Shown piece after piece: positions 50,612 through 60,521 of a DNA stretch of 64,000 nt (positions are counted from its first letter, which is position 1; the number at the start of each line of letters is the position of its first letter). The position numbers and the translations under genes are program-made. This DNA is from Deferribacterales bacterium (GTDB lineage Bacteria; Chrysiogenota; Deferribacteres; Deferribacterales; Geovibrionaceae). The DNA is taken from positions 256,001-320,000 of the forward strand of contig JBFWLW010000001.1 of the NCBI GenBank assembly GCA_050251945.1. The letters run 5' to 3'. The notes beneath the pieces are model-generated. The model had not been told where the DNA came from. It did no database searches and was given only the letters and a program-made list of their open reading frames with translations.

Positions 50612-52180
50612 ATGAAGATGGGACTTGAAGCTAAAGTCGGATTATTCGTGGTCGGCTGTCTTGTGATTATCGGAGCGATGTCACTGAAACTGGTGGATCT
50701 TTCATTCTCCGGCGGCAGCGGAGTGCACATACAGGCTGTTGTTGATGATGCATCCGGACTGACAAAGGATGCAGCCGTTATTTTCAGCGGAGTCGAAGTC
50801 GGAAAGGTCAAAGATATTAAGCTGGAAAACGGAAAAGCAGTCGTTAACATACTTATAGATAAGGAATACACCCTTCCTTCAAATCTTATTCTGTCTGTCC
50901 GCTCCAAAGGGTTCCTTGGTGAGAAATACGCCGAACTTAAAGTGGCGGGCGGTAAAGCGGAAGGTGTGATATCCGATGGAGCCTCAATAACATCCGAAAC
51001 CTCCGGAACGGATTTTGACGTTCTCGGCAACAAAATAGGCAATATCGCAGACGACATTAAAGCTATCACCGCTTCACTTCGCAAAGTTCTGGCGACAAAC
51101 GAAGCCGAAAGCAATATGTCCACAACAATATCAAACATCCGTGAAATCACAGATGCGGTCAACTCCATCGTTAAAAACAACGAAAACCGTGTGAATGCAA
51201 TAATGTATAACGTTGATGCGCTGACGAGACAGCTTGCCGACATAACAACAGCCAACGCAGACAACGTTAATCAGATAATAGCCAATATCAACTCCATCAC
51301 AAAAGATATGAAAGCGGAAACCCCTGCTATCGCTAAGAACCTTTCAAGCATAACAGGCGACATGAACGAAATTATCGGCGGCAACAAAGATGATATCAAC
51401 AGTTCTATTAAAAACATAAGCACCGTTACCGCTAAACTTGAAAAAACAGTTGATAACCTTAACGATATCACCGGCAAGATAAGCGAAGGCAAGGGAACAA
51501 TAGGTAAACTGGTGAACGACGAAACAACAGTAGATAACCTCAACGGCGCTCTTGTGGGGCTGAAAGACACTCTTGGCAAGCTGAACGAGTTTAAAGTAGA
51601 CCTCGCTTTCTTTGCAGAGAGATACGGCGAAAGCAATCAGTCGAAAGGTCACGCCACTGTTAAAATCACTCCCAGCAAAGAAAGATACTATCTGCTCGGT
51701 CTCTCCAGCCACCCCGACGGTATAAATAAGAAGACCATTACGAACGAAACTGTTACATATGCAAACGGTGAAGATGGGGGTACGGACGGAGACTATACCA
51801 GAACAACAGTCACCAACAAACGTAACCCCGGCAGTATGACCTTCACAGTCATGTATGCAAACAGGTTCTGGGATAACTACTTCTTCCGAGTAGGTCTGAA
51901 AGAGTCAGAAGCAGGCGTTGGTCTTGATTACCACCCGCTGAAGGACGAAGACAAGCTGATACTTTCCGCAGACCTGTATGACTTCCCCGACAAAGACGAT
52001 GACAGAAAGGCGCACGCGAAAGCAACCGCAAAATATGTCTTCTATAAAAACCTTTTTATGCAAGCAGGTTATGATGACTTCCTGAACAAGGACGACAAGT
52101 CCTGGTTTGTGGGCGGTGGTGTTCAGTTCCGCGACGACGACCTTAAATACCTCCTCGGCAAAGTGCCGATGCCCAACTAA
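50612..52180 (+). CDS. mlaD: Long MCE/MlaD protein with helical middle and probable C-terminal beta-barrel
   Basis: N-terminal TM, MCE domain (GVEVGKV, GFLGEKY), heptad helices, amphipathic beta strands. Confidence 0.9.
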   Translation: MKMGLEAKVGLFVVGCLVIIGAMSLKLVDLSFSGGSGVHIQAVVDDASGLTKDAAVIFSGVEVGKVKDIKLENGKAVVNILIDKEYTLPSNLILSVRSKGFLGEKYAELKVAGGKAEGVISDGASITSETSGTDFDVLGNKIGNIADDIKAITASLRKVLATNEAESNMSTTISNIREITDAVNSIVKNNENRVNAIMYNVDALTRQLADITTANADNVNQIIANINSITKDMKAETPAIAKNLSSITGDMNEIIGGNKDDINSSIKNISTVTAKLEKTVDNLNDITGKISEGKGTIGKLVNDETTVDNLNGALVGLKDTLGKLNEFKVDLAFFAERYGESNQSKGHATVKITPSKERYYLLGLSSHPDGINKKTITNETVTYANGEDGGTDGDYTRTTVTNKRNPGSMTFTVMYANRFWDNYFFRVGLKESEAGVGLDYHPLKDEDKLILSADLYDFPDKDDDRKAHAKATAKYVFYKNLFMQAGYDDFLNKDDKSWFVGGGVQFRDDDLKYLLGKVPMPN

Positions 52181-52181
52181 G

Positions 52182-52970
52182 ATGAAACTGAAACTCGGTA
52201 TTTCCACATGCCCGAATGATACATACATCTTTGCGGCAATGATAAAAGGACTGGTCAAACACAGCTTTGACTTCGATTTATACATGGACGACGTGCAGGT
52301 GCTTAACGGGCTTGCCATCAAAGGTGAGGCGGACATTGTAAAAGTATCTTACGGCGTTGTTCCTGTTGTCAAAGACAAATATAAAATACTCCGCACAGGC
52401 GGCGCACTGGGCTTCGGCTGCGGTCCGCTGGTTGTATCGGCAGAAGACGTGCCTGTCGAATCACTCAGAGGCAAAAAAATTGCCATACCGGGAGTTAACA
52501 CCAGCGCGTTCAGATTTTTCAAAATGTTTTTCGGCGAGGATTTCGAGTTTGTTGAACTCCGCTTTGACATGATAATGCCTGCGATAGCGTCAAAACAGGT
52601 TGCTGCGGGTGTGATAATCCACGAAGGACGCTTTATCTACGAACAGCAGGGGCTTAAAAAACTTTGTGACCTTGGCGGGCTTTACGAGAAAAAATTCAAC
52701 TCCCCCATACCTTTGGGAGCTATCCTGATACGCAATGAATTGCTTGATTATGCGGAAGAGATAACCTCTGTAATAAGAGCATCCATAGAGTATGCAGACA
52801 AGCATTATGAGAACATTACGGATTTTGTTAAACTCCATGCACAGGAAATGGATGATTCAGTAATAAAAAACCATATACAACTGTATGTTAACAAATATTC
52901 AAAAGATGTTACCCCTGCTATTGGCGGGTTATGCAGCTTTTTAGGAGCGGATCAGTCCGTATTTGTTTGA
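52182..52970 (+). CDS. mqnD: 1,4-dihydroxy-6-naphthoate synthase (futalosine pathway)
   Basis: STCPNDTYIF, GALGFGCGP, IIHEGRF, HIQLYVN. Confidence 0.92.
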   Translation: MKLKLGISTCPNDTYIFAAMIKGLVKHSFDFDLYMDDVQVLNGLAIKGEADIVKVSYGVVPVVKDKYKILRTGGALGFGCGPLVVSAEDVPVESLRGKKIAIPGVNTSAFRFFKMFFGEDFEFVELRFDMIMPAIASKQVAAGVIIHEGRFIYEQQGLKKLCDLGGLYEKKFNSPIPLGAILIRNELLDYAEEITSVIRASIEYADKHYENITDFVKLHAQEMDDSVIKNHIQLYVNKYSKDVTPAIGGLCSFLGADQSVFV

Positions 52971-53005
52971 TTGCAGACTGAAAAGGAATCTGCTAAATAT
53001 ATTAT

Positions 53006-55126
53006 ATGAAAAAAATAGACCTGCTTCTGGGCATAAGCAATATAATCCTGAATTCTGAAGACACCGATACAACCCTGTCCAATATCGCTGCATACGTTAA
53101 AGACGCCATAGGAAGCGACGTATGCTCAATATATCTCAAGAACGGCGGAAGACTTGTGCTGGCTGCCACAAACGGTCTCAGTGAAAATGCAGTTGGAAGC
53201 ATCTCGCTGGGATTCGACGAAGGTCTCACAGGTCTTACATTTTCTGATAACAAATACACTTTCATAAGAAATGCCAAAAGCCATGAAAGATTTCATTATT
53301 TTCCGGGCATAAACGAAGAACCTTATCAGACGTTCATCGGTGTACCGCTGAAAAGCAGGGAACACGAATTCGGCGTTCTGGTATTCCAGTTCCGCAAAAA
53401 TAAACTGAACACCGAAACCGTTCAGAAGCTCCTTATGGCAGTGGCAGCACAGGTTTCGGGACTTGTTCTTCGCCATTACCTTTTACAGCAGGACGAGGCT
53501 GAGAAGGGACTGGACTATTCCGAACGGATAGAAAAGGGCGTTCCATTATCCAGCGGTATAGCATTCGGCGAGCCTGTGATGGTACTTTCCAAAATGGTTG
53601 AAAAAACTCACGACAGCGTTTCTTCGGACGAAGAACTGAGTGAATTCAGAAACGCTTTAGAAAAAACTACCAATGATCTTAAAGAATTGATAAACAAAAT
53701 GGAATCATCAAGTCAGGAGATAGCTTCAGGTATTTTTGAAACTCATCTTATGATGCTTAACGACGTTTCATTCAAAAAAGATATCGAAAACCATATCATA
53801 GAAAGAAAAAAGAGTGCATCGTTCAGCGTGCGCCACGTTGCGGATAAATATATCCGCAGGTTCCGTTCAATCAACGATGCGTATCTGAAAGAGCGTGCGC
53901 AGGATATTGAAGATATCGCCACCAGACTTCTGGAGCATTTGGGTGCTGTCTTCAAGGAAGCGAACCTGCTGGACAACAGCGTTGTGTTCGCGAACAGGCT
54001 CACACCCGGGGAAACTGCGTCACTGGATCTTGAGCGCGTATGCGGATTCGTAACAGAGAAGGACGGCGTTACCAGCCACACTGCGATTCTTGCAAAAAGC
54101 CGCAAAATACCCGCTGTTACGGGGATTCCGAACCTTCATAATAAGCTTGAATACGCTCAGTCCGTAATTGTAGACGGATACGACGGAATAGTGATATTCA
54201 ATCCTACGCAGGAAACAATTGATAAATATAATGCAAAAATGTCCGCGAAGCACACTCAGCCGGAGGGCAGGGATATCGCCTGTCAGCTTGTGCCTCTGAA
54301 AGACGGTTCCATGGTGCATTTTTATGCCAACATATCCAGCGTTCTGGATTCCGAAAAAGCCGGGCTTTTCTGCGCCGAGGGAATAGGGCTGGTGCGGACA
54401 GAAATTTTCTATCTGCGTCAGGATATTCCGTTCACAGTTGAAAATCAGATCGAGATATACAAAGACATAATGCGTGCGTTTACAGACAAACACGTTGTTT
54501 TCAGGCTTCTGGATATAGGTTCTGACAAAAAAACAGCCTATGAGGCGGATGAAGACAATCCGGCACTTGGCAACAGAGGCGTAAGGCTTCTTTTGACCGA
54601 TTATAAAAAAATGCTGGACGACCAACTTAAAGCTCTGATAACACTGCATAAGAGCTATCCGAATCTTAAAATTCTGGTGCCCTTCATCGCCGACGTTGAA
54701 GAATTTTTCTGTGTAAAAAACCGCGCCCGCGAAATTGCCGCAGAACTGGAACTTGAAATGCCTGATTTTGGCGTTATGCTGGAAATTCCTTCTGTTATCT
54801 ATCAGATGGAGCTTATGCGCGGCGAGTGTTCATTTTTCAGTATAGGCACAAACGACATGTTCCAGTATTTCTTTGCTCTGGACAGGGGCAACCCCATGGT
54901 CAGCTCGCTTTACAAGCTTGATAACCCCGCATTCTTAAGTCTGCTGCGACGCATCCTTGAAAGGGCGAACAGCATTAACATTCCGGTTGAAATATGCGGA
55001 GAGATGGCGGCTGATCCCGAAATACTTGTCAAACTCATAGAAATGGGCTACAGAGATTTCAGCGTCAGCCCGTATGCCATAAGCGAACTCAAACATCATC
55101 TTTTGAATACGGTAATAGATATTTGA
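53006..55126 (+). CDS. ptsP: GAF-containing PEP-protein phosphotransferase (EI-Ntr)
   Basis: N-terminal GAF, TSHTAIL phospho-His, GIGLVRTE, SIGTND, ICGE. Confidence 0.92.
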   Translation: MKKIDLLLGISNIILNSEDTDTTLSNIAAYVKDAIGSDVCSIYLKNGGRLVLAATNGLSENAVGSISLGFDEGLTGLTFSDNKYTFIRNAKSHERFHYFPGINEEPYQTFIGVPLKSREHEFGVLVFQFRKNKLNTETVQKLLMAVAAQVSGLVLRHYLLQQDEAEKGLDYSERIEKGVPLSSGIAFGEPVMVLSKMVEKTHDSVSSDEELSEFRNALEKTTNDLKELINKMESSSQEIASGIFETHLMMLNDVSFKKDIENHIIERKKSASFSVRHVADKYIRRFRSINDAYLKERAQDIEDIATRLLEHLGAVFKEANLLDNSVVFANRLTPGETASLDLERVCGFVTEKDGVTSHTAILAKSRKIPAVTGIPNLHNKLEYAQSVIVDGYDGIVIFNPTQETIDKYNAKMSAKHTQPEGRDIACQLVPLKDGSMVHFYANISSVLDSEKAGLFCAEGIGLVRTEIFYLRQDIPFTVENQIEIYKDIMRAFTDKHVVFRLLDIGSDKKTAYEADEDNPALGNRGVRLLLTDYKKMLDDQLKALITLHKSYPNLKILVPFIADVEEFFCVKNRAREIAAELELEMPDFGVMLEIPSVIYQMELMRGECSFFSIGTNDMFQYFFALDRGNPMVSSLYKLDNPAFLSLLRRILERANSINIPVEICGEMAADPEILVKLIEMGYRDFSVSPYAISELKHHLLNTVIDI

Positions 55127-55713
55127 CCGCGCTGTACGCCTACCTGATATTTTACTGTATTCTGCACAGCGTGCTTGCAGACAGAAAACTTATCGGGCGT
55201 GTGTACGGTCTCTGGTGGTACAGATTCTTTTATGTTATTCAGTCTGTTGTCTTGTTGATTCCATATCCTTTTTTGTACATGAGCATAAACCACACTCCAT
55301 TCTTTAATCCGCCACTTTTCGGTAAGATTCTACTGGGAATAATATGGTTTTCAGGTCTGTTTTTCGGTCTTTATGCGTCAAAATCATATGATAACGGCAT
55401 GTTTTTGGGTTTATCTCATATAAAAGCACGGATACGGGGTGAAAGACAGCCTGAAAACCCTAAAGAACTGAAAACAAGCGGCGCTTTGGCGGTTGTCAGA
55501 CATCCTTACTACACAGCAGGGCTTATTCTTATCTGGGCAAGACCAATGAACATGACCGATTTCGTTATAACACTGATTCTTACCGTCTATTTCATTTTTG
55601 GCTACATAAACGAAGAGCGCAAACTTATAAAAGAATTCGGGCAGGATTATATAGAATACCGCAAAAAAGTTCCCGCTCTGATACCTAAAATAGGGTTCAG
55701 AAATGAAAAATAA
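55123..55713 (+). CDS. Isoprenylcysteine carboxylmethyltransferase-family membrane protein
   Basis: LHSVLA, VRHPYY, EERKL..EFGQDY..Y..KVP. Confidence 0.8.
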   Translation: MTALYAYLIFYCILHSVLADRKLIGRVYGLWWYRFFYVIQSVVLLIPYPFLYMSINHTPFFNPPLFGKILLGIIWFSGLFFGLYASKSYDNGMFLGLSHIKARIRGERQPENPKELKTSGALAVVRHPYYTAGLILIWARPMNMTDFVITLILTVYFIFGYINEERKLIKEFGQDYIEYRKKVPALIPKIGFRNEK

Positions 55714-56314
55714 TGCCTTATGCGTCATATTTATCAAATACCCCGAAGCCGGAAAGGTGAAAACCAGACTTGGCAGGACGATTGGCATGGAAAAAGCTGC
55801 TGAAATATACAAAAAACTGGCTGAAAATACCGTTTTGTCTTTAAAATCCACCGATTATGATCTTATGATTGCTATTACACCTGACGAGAAAAAGGATGAG
55901 TTCAGACTCTGGCTCGGTGATATGCAGTATATTGCCCAGGCTGAAGGCGATCTGGGCGAAAAGATGCAAAACGCATTTGAGTATGCCTTTCAGAAGGGGT
56001 ACAATCAATGTATAGTTACTGGAAGCGATATACCGGAACTTAATAAAAATATTATTTCAGAAGGGTTCAAAGCACTCAACAATTACGATACGGTAGTAGG
56101 CAGAGCGCAGGACGGCGGCTATTACCTTATCGGAATGAATTGCGGTGCCAGTGATTATTCTATATTCAGCAATATGATATGGAGTACTGACACTGTTTTG
56201 AGCGAGACTGTGAAAAGACTTTCAGTACACGGAAAAACCTATGCGATGCTTGATACGCTTGATGACATTGATACTGAACAGGATCTTCTGAAATTCGGGG
56301 ATAGATTTGTTTAA
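55703..56314 (+). CDS. TIGR04282/DUF2064 family glycosyltransferase-like protein
   Basis: KYPEAGKVKTRL, QAEGDLGEKM, GSDIP, DGGYYLIG, DIDT. Confidence 0.9.
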   Translation: MKNNALCVIFIKYPEAGKVKTRLGRTIGMEKAAEIYKKLAENTVLSLKSTDYDLMIAITPDEKKDEFRLWLGDMQYIAQAEGDLGEKMQNAFEYAFQKGYNQCIVTGSDIPELNKNIISEGFKALNNYDTVVGRAQDGGYYLIGMNCGASDYSIFSNMIWSTDTVLSETVKRLSVHGKTYAMLDTLDDIDTEQDLLKFGDRFV

Positions 56315-56978
56315 GAAGCTGATAATTCTCATAATTATTGCCATAGTTATCATCGTTCTGCGCAACAGTGAATACGCACATATGGTTACGTTCAGCTATC
56401 TGAAATCTCATGCAGATGGATTTAAAATCTTTGTGCATCAGCATTATATGATCTCACTGATCCTTTATTCAGCGGGATATTTTCTTTATACAGCCTTTGC
56501 TCTTCCCGGAGCAATCATAATAAGTCTTTTCGGCGGCTATGTTTTTGGCGTTCTGGTGAGTCTTGTTCTCTCTGTTACAGCGGCAACGGCAGGCGCATCC
56601 GCAGCATTTTTCATATCCAGATACGTTCTGGGTTCTTATATACACGAAAAATATCAGCGTCAGCTTGCACTCTTCAACACTGAGCTTTCAAAGAACGGAC
56701 ACCTTTATCTGCTGACACTCAGATTCATTCCCATATTCCCTTTTTTCCTGATTAACATACTGGCTGGATTGACAAATATACCGTTTCGCACTTTCCTCTG
56801 GACAACGGCAGCGGGTATCATTCCCGGCGGATTCGTCATCATGTTTGCGGGAAGCAGGCTTGGTGAAATCAACTCACCTGACGAGATATTCTCTCAGAAA
56901 ATGCTTCTTGTCTTCATTTTCCTTGGAATTATGATGCTGATTCCAGTAATTTACAACAAAATAAAGAGTAAAAAATGA
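56307..56978 (+). CDS. TVP38/TMEM64 (DedA superfamily) membrane protein
   Basis: LPGA, GGYVFG, LRFIPIFPFFLIN. Confidence 0.9.
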   Translation: MFKKLIILIIIAIVIIVLRNSEYAHMVTFSYLKSHADGFKIFVHQHYMISLILYSAGYFLYTAFALPGAIIISLFGGYVFGVLVSLVLSVTAATAGASAAFFISRYVLGSYIHEKYQRQLALFNTELSKNGHLYLLTLRFIPIFPFFLINILAGLTNIPFRTFLWTTAAGIIPGGFVIMFAGSRLGEINSPDEIFSQKMLLVFIFLGIMMLIPVIYNKIKSKK

Positions 56979-57625
56979 CAATATCAGTCATTATACCTGT
57001 TTTCTATGAACAAAACTCTATAAACGAGGCTGTAAAGCGTCTGAAAAACTGTGAAATCATAGTTTCCGACTGTAACGGAAGAACTCTCGATGTTATTTCA
57101 GATGAAAACGTTAAAAAAATACTGTCACTCAAGGGAAGGGGAGTTCAGATGAACAGAGGCGCCCGGTCAGCTACAGGCGAAATACTGCTTTTTCTCCATT
57201 GTGACACGATTTTGCCTGATAACTGGCAGGAATCGGTTAAAAATTGCCTTGAATCAGCTGATTACGGTGCTTTTTCATTGGGTATTGACAGCAAAAGACC
57301 TGTTTTTCGCATAATTGAGTTCTTTTCAAACATAAGATGTCGTTTAACAAAAATACCCTATGGCGATCAGGCTATTTTTATAAAAAAAGAGTGTTTCAAA
57401 GGCTATCAGAACTATCCTATATTTGAAGATTACAGACTTATGCAGGATGCAAAGCACTCAAAACTGAAATTCAGACTGGCAGGAAAAAAAGTTAAGACTT
57501 CCGCAAGGCGCTGGGAAAAAGAGGGCGTGCTTTATACAACCTTTCGCAACTGGCTACTGACACTTCGTTATTTGTCTGGAACCCATCCTGACAGATTAAA
57601 AAAACAGTATGGTGATACAAGGTGA
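56975..57625 (+). CDS. TIGR04283 family GT2 glycosyltransferase
   Basis: ISVIIP, GRGVQMNRGA, FLHCD, YGDQAIF, TSARRW. Confidence 0.9.
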   Translation: MTISVIIPVFYEQNSINEAVKRLKNCEIIVSDCNGRTLDVISDENVKKILSLKGRGVQMNRGARSATGEILLFLHCDTILPDNWQESVKNCLESADYGAFSLGIDSKRPVFRIIEFFSNIRCRLTKIPYGDQAIFIKKECFKGYQNYPIFEDYRLMQDAKHSKLKFRLAGKKVKTSARRWEKEGVLYTTFRNWLLTLRYLSGTHPDRLKKQYGDTR

Positions 57626-58092
57626 AGGAGCTTTATCTCATTGCCGCAATGACTGAGAATAGAATCATAGGCGCAGCAGGAAAAATACCCTGGCACATTC
57701 CGGAGGAGTTACAGCTTTTTAAAAAACTGACCACAGGCAATATAATAGTAATGGGCAGAAGAACATACGAATCCATAGGCAGACCGCTTCCGGACAGGGA
57801 GAATATCGTTATCACCTCACAAAAGATTGAAGGTGTCACCACATGCCAGTCGATACTGGAGGCCGTCAGAATAGGCGAGCGATCGGACAAAAAATTGTTT
57901 TTTATCGGCGGTGCAAGTATTTACAATCATACTGTCAATATTGTGGATCACATGTATATCTCATGGGTGAAAGGTCGCTACAAAGGAGATACATTCTTTC
58001 CGGAAATTGATTTTATGAAATGGCGCGAGGCTGAAAAAGTCTTTAACGACAGATTCGTTATGGTGCATTACGTCCGCGAAAGTTCCTCGTAA
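57622..58092 (+). CDS. folA: Dihydrofolate reductase
   Basis: IPWHIPEE, MGRRTYESIGRPLPDR, IGGA, GDTFFP. Confidence 0.95.
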   Translation: MKELYLIAAMTENRIIGAAGKIPWHIPEELQLFKKLTTGNIIVMGRRTYESIGRPLPDRENIVITSQKIEGVTTCQSILEAVRIGERSDKKLFFIGGASIYNHTVNIVDHMYISWVKGRYKGDTFFPEIDFMKWREAEKVFNDRFVMVHYVRESSS

Positions 58093-59147
58093 AGTCTGAT
58101 ATAGCCGGAAACCATTGCGTTGTCAGAAAATTTCAGCGCCGTATGAAAACCGTTCGATGAAAATTTATCTGCAATACTCCTGTCATCGTACATCAGATTG
58201 AAACTTTCGGAAAGCGCTTCAGCATCCTTAACCTGTGTAAGCAGTCCGTTGAAATTATTTTTCACAAGTTCGGGGATTCCGCCTGCGGCAGTGGCAGCAA
58301 CAGGACGCATCATGAACATCGCATCAATAATGGACGTACAAAGTCCTTCCGTTTTTGAAGACATACAGAAAATGTCAAAAAGAGCTATATGTTCGTATAC
58401 GTTTTCAGTATGACCAGTGAAAATTATGCTGCTGTTGTAGGGAGTTGCTTCGGCATAAGCTTTAATCTCCGCATAAAGCGGACCGCCGCCGACAATGACC
58501 AGCACGGCATTTTCGGCTTCCGATCTGAAACGAATGAACGCATCTATTAATGTTTTCTGGTCTTTATGGTCTGAAATATTAGCTACGTTGCCTATAACGT
58601 ATTTGCCGTAAAGTTCATATTTTTCAATAAGTTTTCTATATAATTCATAGTTGATGGCTTTGGGAAAACGAACGCCGCTGTTGATGAGGCGTATTTTTGA
58701 CCTGCTGATACCGTCGTTGATGAGCATGTCCCTGATGGCTCTGGATATTGCTACAACGATATCAACCTGACGGTTGTCATATTTTTTTCTGCTGAAATAT
58801 CCTTTATTGACAGAAAAATCCACGCGTCTGGTATTTATCAGTTTGAAGTTAGTACCCATTACTTTTGTCAGAAGCGCAGGGGTAAGCGAGTGAGCGTCGT
58901 GGGTATGTACTATATCTGGTTTTTCCTTGCGTATCAGCTTTTTAAGTTCTCGCATAAAGCTGAGGTCAGTTTCACCTTTAAATTTCATGGGGACGATGGA
59001 TTCGATCCCCCTTTTCGGGAATTGTCCTTCCTCATTGCAAACCAGAATGGACTGAAAGCCCGATTCCAGAAGTCCTTCATGCAGAAACTGAGCCTGCCGC
59101 TGTCCGCCGCGCCATTCCTTTCCTGTGTCGATGTGGATTATTTTCAT
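58068..59147 (-). CDS. Glycosyltransferase family 4
   Basis: WRGGQRQ, TRRVDF, EGLCTSIIDAM, GGIPE. Confidence 0.9.
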   Translation of the reverse strand: MKIIHIDTGKEWRGGQRQAQFLHEGLLESGFQSILVCNEEGQFPKRGIESIVPMKFKGETDLSFMRELKKLIRKEKPDIVHTHDAHSLTPALLTKVMGTNFKLINTRRVDFSVNKGYFSRKKYDNRQVDIVVAISRAIRDMLINDGISRSKIRLINSGVRFPKAINYELYRKLIEKYELYGKYVIGNVANISDHKDQKTLIDAFIRFRSEAENAVLVIVGGGPLYAEIKAYAEATPYNSSIIFTGHTENVYEHIALFDIFCMSSKTEGLCTSIIDAMFMMRPVAATAAGGIPELVKNNFNGLLTQVKDAEALSESFNLMYDDRSIADKFSSNGFHTALKFSDNAMVSGYIRLYEELSRT

Positions 59148-59599
59148 CAGCCAACCATATAAGTGCCTGTTCCGGCAGCAATAAGTATATTTTCATTGTT
59201 TTTCAGTTTTGTTCTGACAACGGAGACCTTGTTGCCTGTGCGCATAACCTCGCCAGTCGCTATGAAAAAATCACCGCGCCCCGGGCGCAGATAGTCCACC
59301 CGCATGTCGATTGTGCCGAGTTTCTCGAATTTTCGCATAATCTCAGTTTTCGGTTCGTCTTTCATACGGTTGATTACTCCGTCCACGGCCACTATGGCGC
59401 CTATTATGTCCAATACACTGGAAATTACGCCGCCGTGCAGAATATTCTGCATATAATTGCCTATCAGGTGTTCCCGTTTTTCAAGTCTGATATACGGGTT
59501 AAGTAACTCATCCAGCAAAACTTTTATTCCGAGGTTGTTGCTGAACGGCGTATTCGTTTCAAAAACTTCTTTTATGCATTCGTAAACTTTTGCGTCCAT
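59147..59599 (-). CDS. Hotdog-fold thioesterase (YigI-like)
   Basis: LHGGVISSVLD, GTIDMRVDYLRPGRG. Confidence 0.9.
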   Translation of the reverse strand: MDAKVYECIKEVFETNTPFSNNLGIKVLLDELLNPYIRLEKREHLIGNYMQNILHGGVISSVLDIIGAIVAVDGVINRMKDEPKTEIMRKFEKLGTIDMRVDYLRPGRGDFFIATGEVMRTGNKVSVVRTKLKNNENILIAAGTGTYMVG

Positions 59600-59605
59600 T
59601 CAACC

Positions 59606-59657
59606 ATCTTACTTTCAAAAGACTGTTCTTGTCAAATATCCATCACTCTTATACAAT
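59606..59657. promoter_or_regulatory. Back-to-back sigma70 promoters sharing a TTGTCAA -35 region
   Basis: Plus strand TTGTCA-N17-TACAAT; minus strand TTGACA-N18-TAAGAT. Confidence 0.6.
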
Positions 59658-59681
59658 AGGTTTTTGTATAAAGGAGAATTA

Positions 59682-60521
59682 ATGTTGATTGAGGCTGTTG
59701 AGCTTGTGAAGAAATTCGACAAAAAAGCCGCTGTGGACGGTATTTCGCTCTCTGTAGACTCAGGGGAATCTGTTGCTCTTCTTGGACCCAACGGGGCAGG
59801 AAAGACAACCACCGTGAACATGCTGACAGGACTTTCCCGTCCGACATCCGGAAAGATACTTTATAACGGAAAGTTATTCAGCGCCGACGATAACAACATA
59901 AAAAGAGAGATAGGTGTAGTTCCGCAGCATAACAACGTGGATCGCGATCTCACTGTCGAAGAGAACCTGATTGTGCACTGCAAGCTCTTCGGAATAAAAG
60001 ATATCCAAAAAGCTGTGAAGAGTGCGCTAGATTTTTCTGGACTGGGTGACCACAGGGACAAGACTGCGGAAAAACTCTCAGGCGGTATGAAACGCCGGCT
60101 GGTGATAGCCCGCGCGCTTCTGCATGATCCGAAGGTGCTTTTTCTGGACGAACCCACAACCGGACTGGACGCAAGCGTTCGCAGAACCCTCTGGAGCTTC
60201 ATCCGTTCAATCAATAAAACCCACGGATGCACGGTTATCATGACCACCCACTACATAGAAGAGGCGGAGATGCTCTCTGACCGCGTTATAATCATGGACA
60301 GCGGGAAAATAGCCGCTGAGGGAAAAACAAAAGAGCTGAAAGACACAATAGGCAAGTATGCTCTTGATGTTTATAAGGAAAATGAAATAGAAACTATGTA
60401 TTTCGAGACACGTCATGAAGCGATAAGCGCCCTTGAAAAGATAACCGAGGAAGCCAAAGTGCGGGAAGTGACGCTTGAAGATGTGTATCTGAAAATAACC
60501 GGACGAAGGATAGACGCATGA
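59682..60521 (+). CDS. ABC-2 type exporter ATPase
   Basis: GPNGAGKT, LSGGMKRR, LDEPTTGLD; SD aaggag. Confidence 0.93.
   Translation: MLIEAVELVKKFDKKAAVDGISLSVDSGESVALLGPNGAGKTTTVNMLTGLSRPTSGKILYNGKLFSADDNNIKREIGVVPQHNNVDRDLTVEENLIVHCKLFGIKDIQKAVKSALDFSGLGDHRDKTAEKLSGGMKRRLVIARALLHDPKVLFLDEPTTGLDASVRRTLWSFIRSINKTHGCTVIMTTHYIEEAEMLSDRVIIMDSGKIAAEGKTKELKDTIGKYALDVYKENEIETMYFETRHEAISALEKITEEAKVREVTLEDVYLKITGRRIDA

Noticed and set aside
57622..58092. DHFR as an acquired trimethoprim-resistance dfrA
   Set aside because: Overlaps chromosomal neighbours with no integron or IS context; housekeeping folA is more likely
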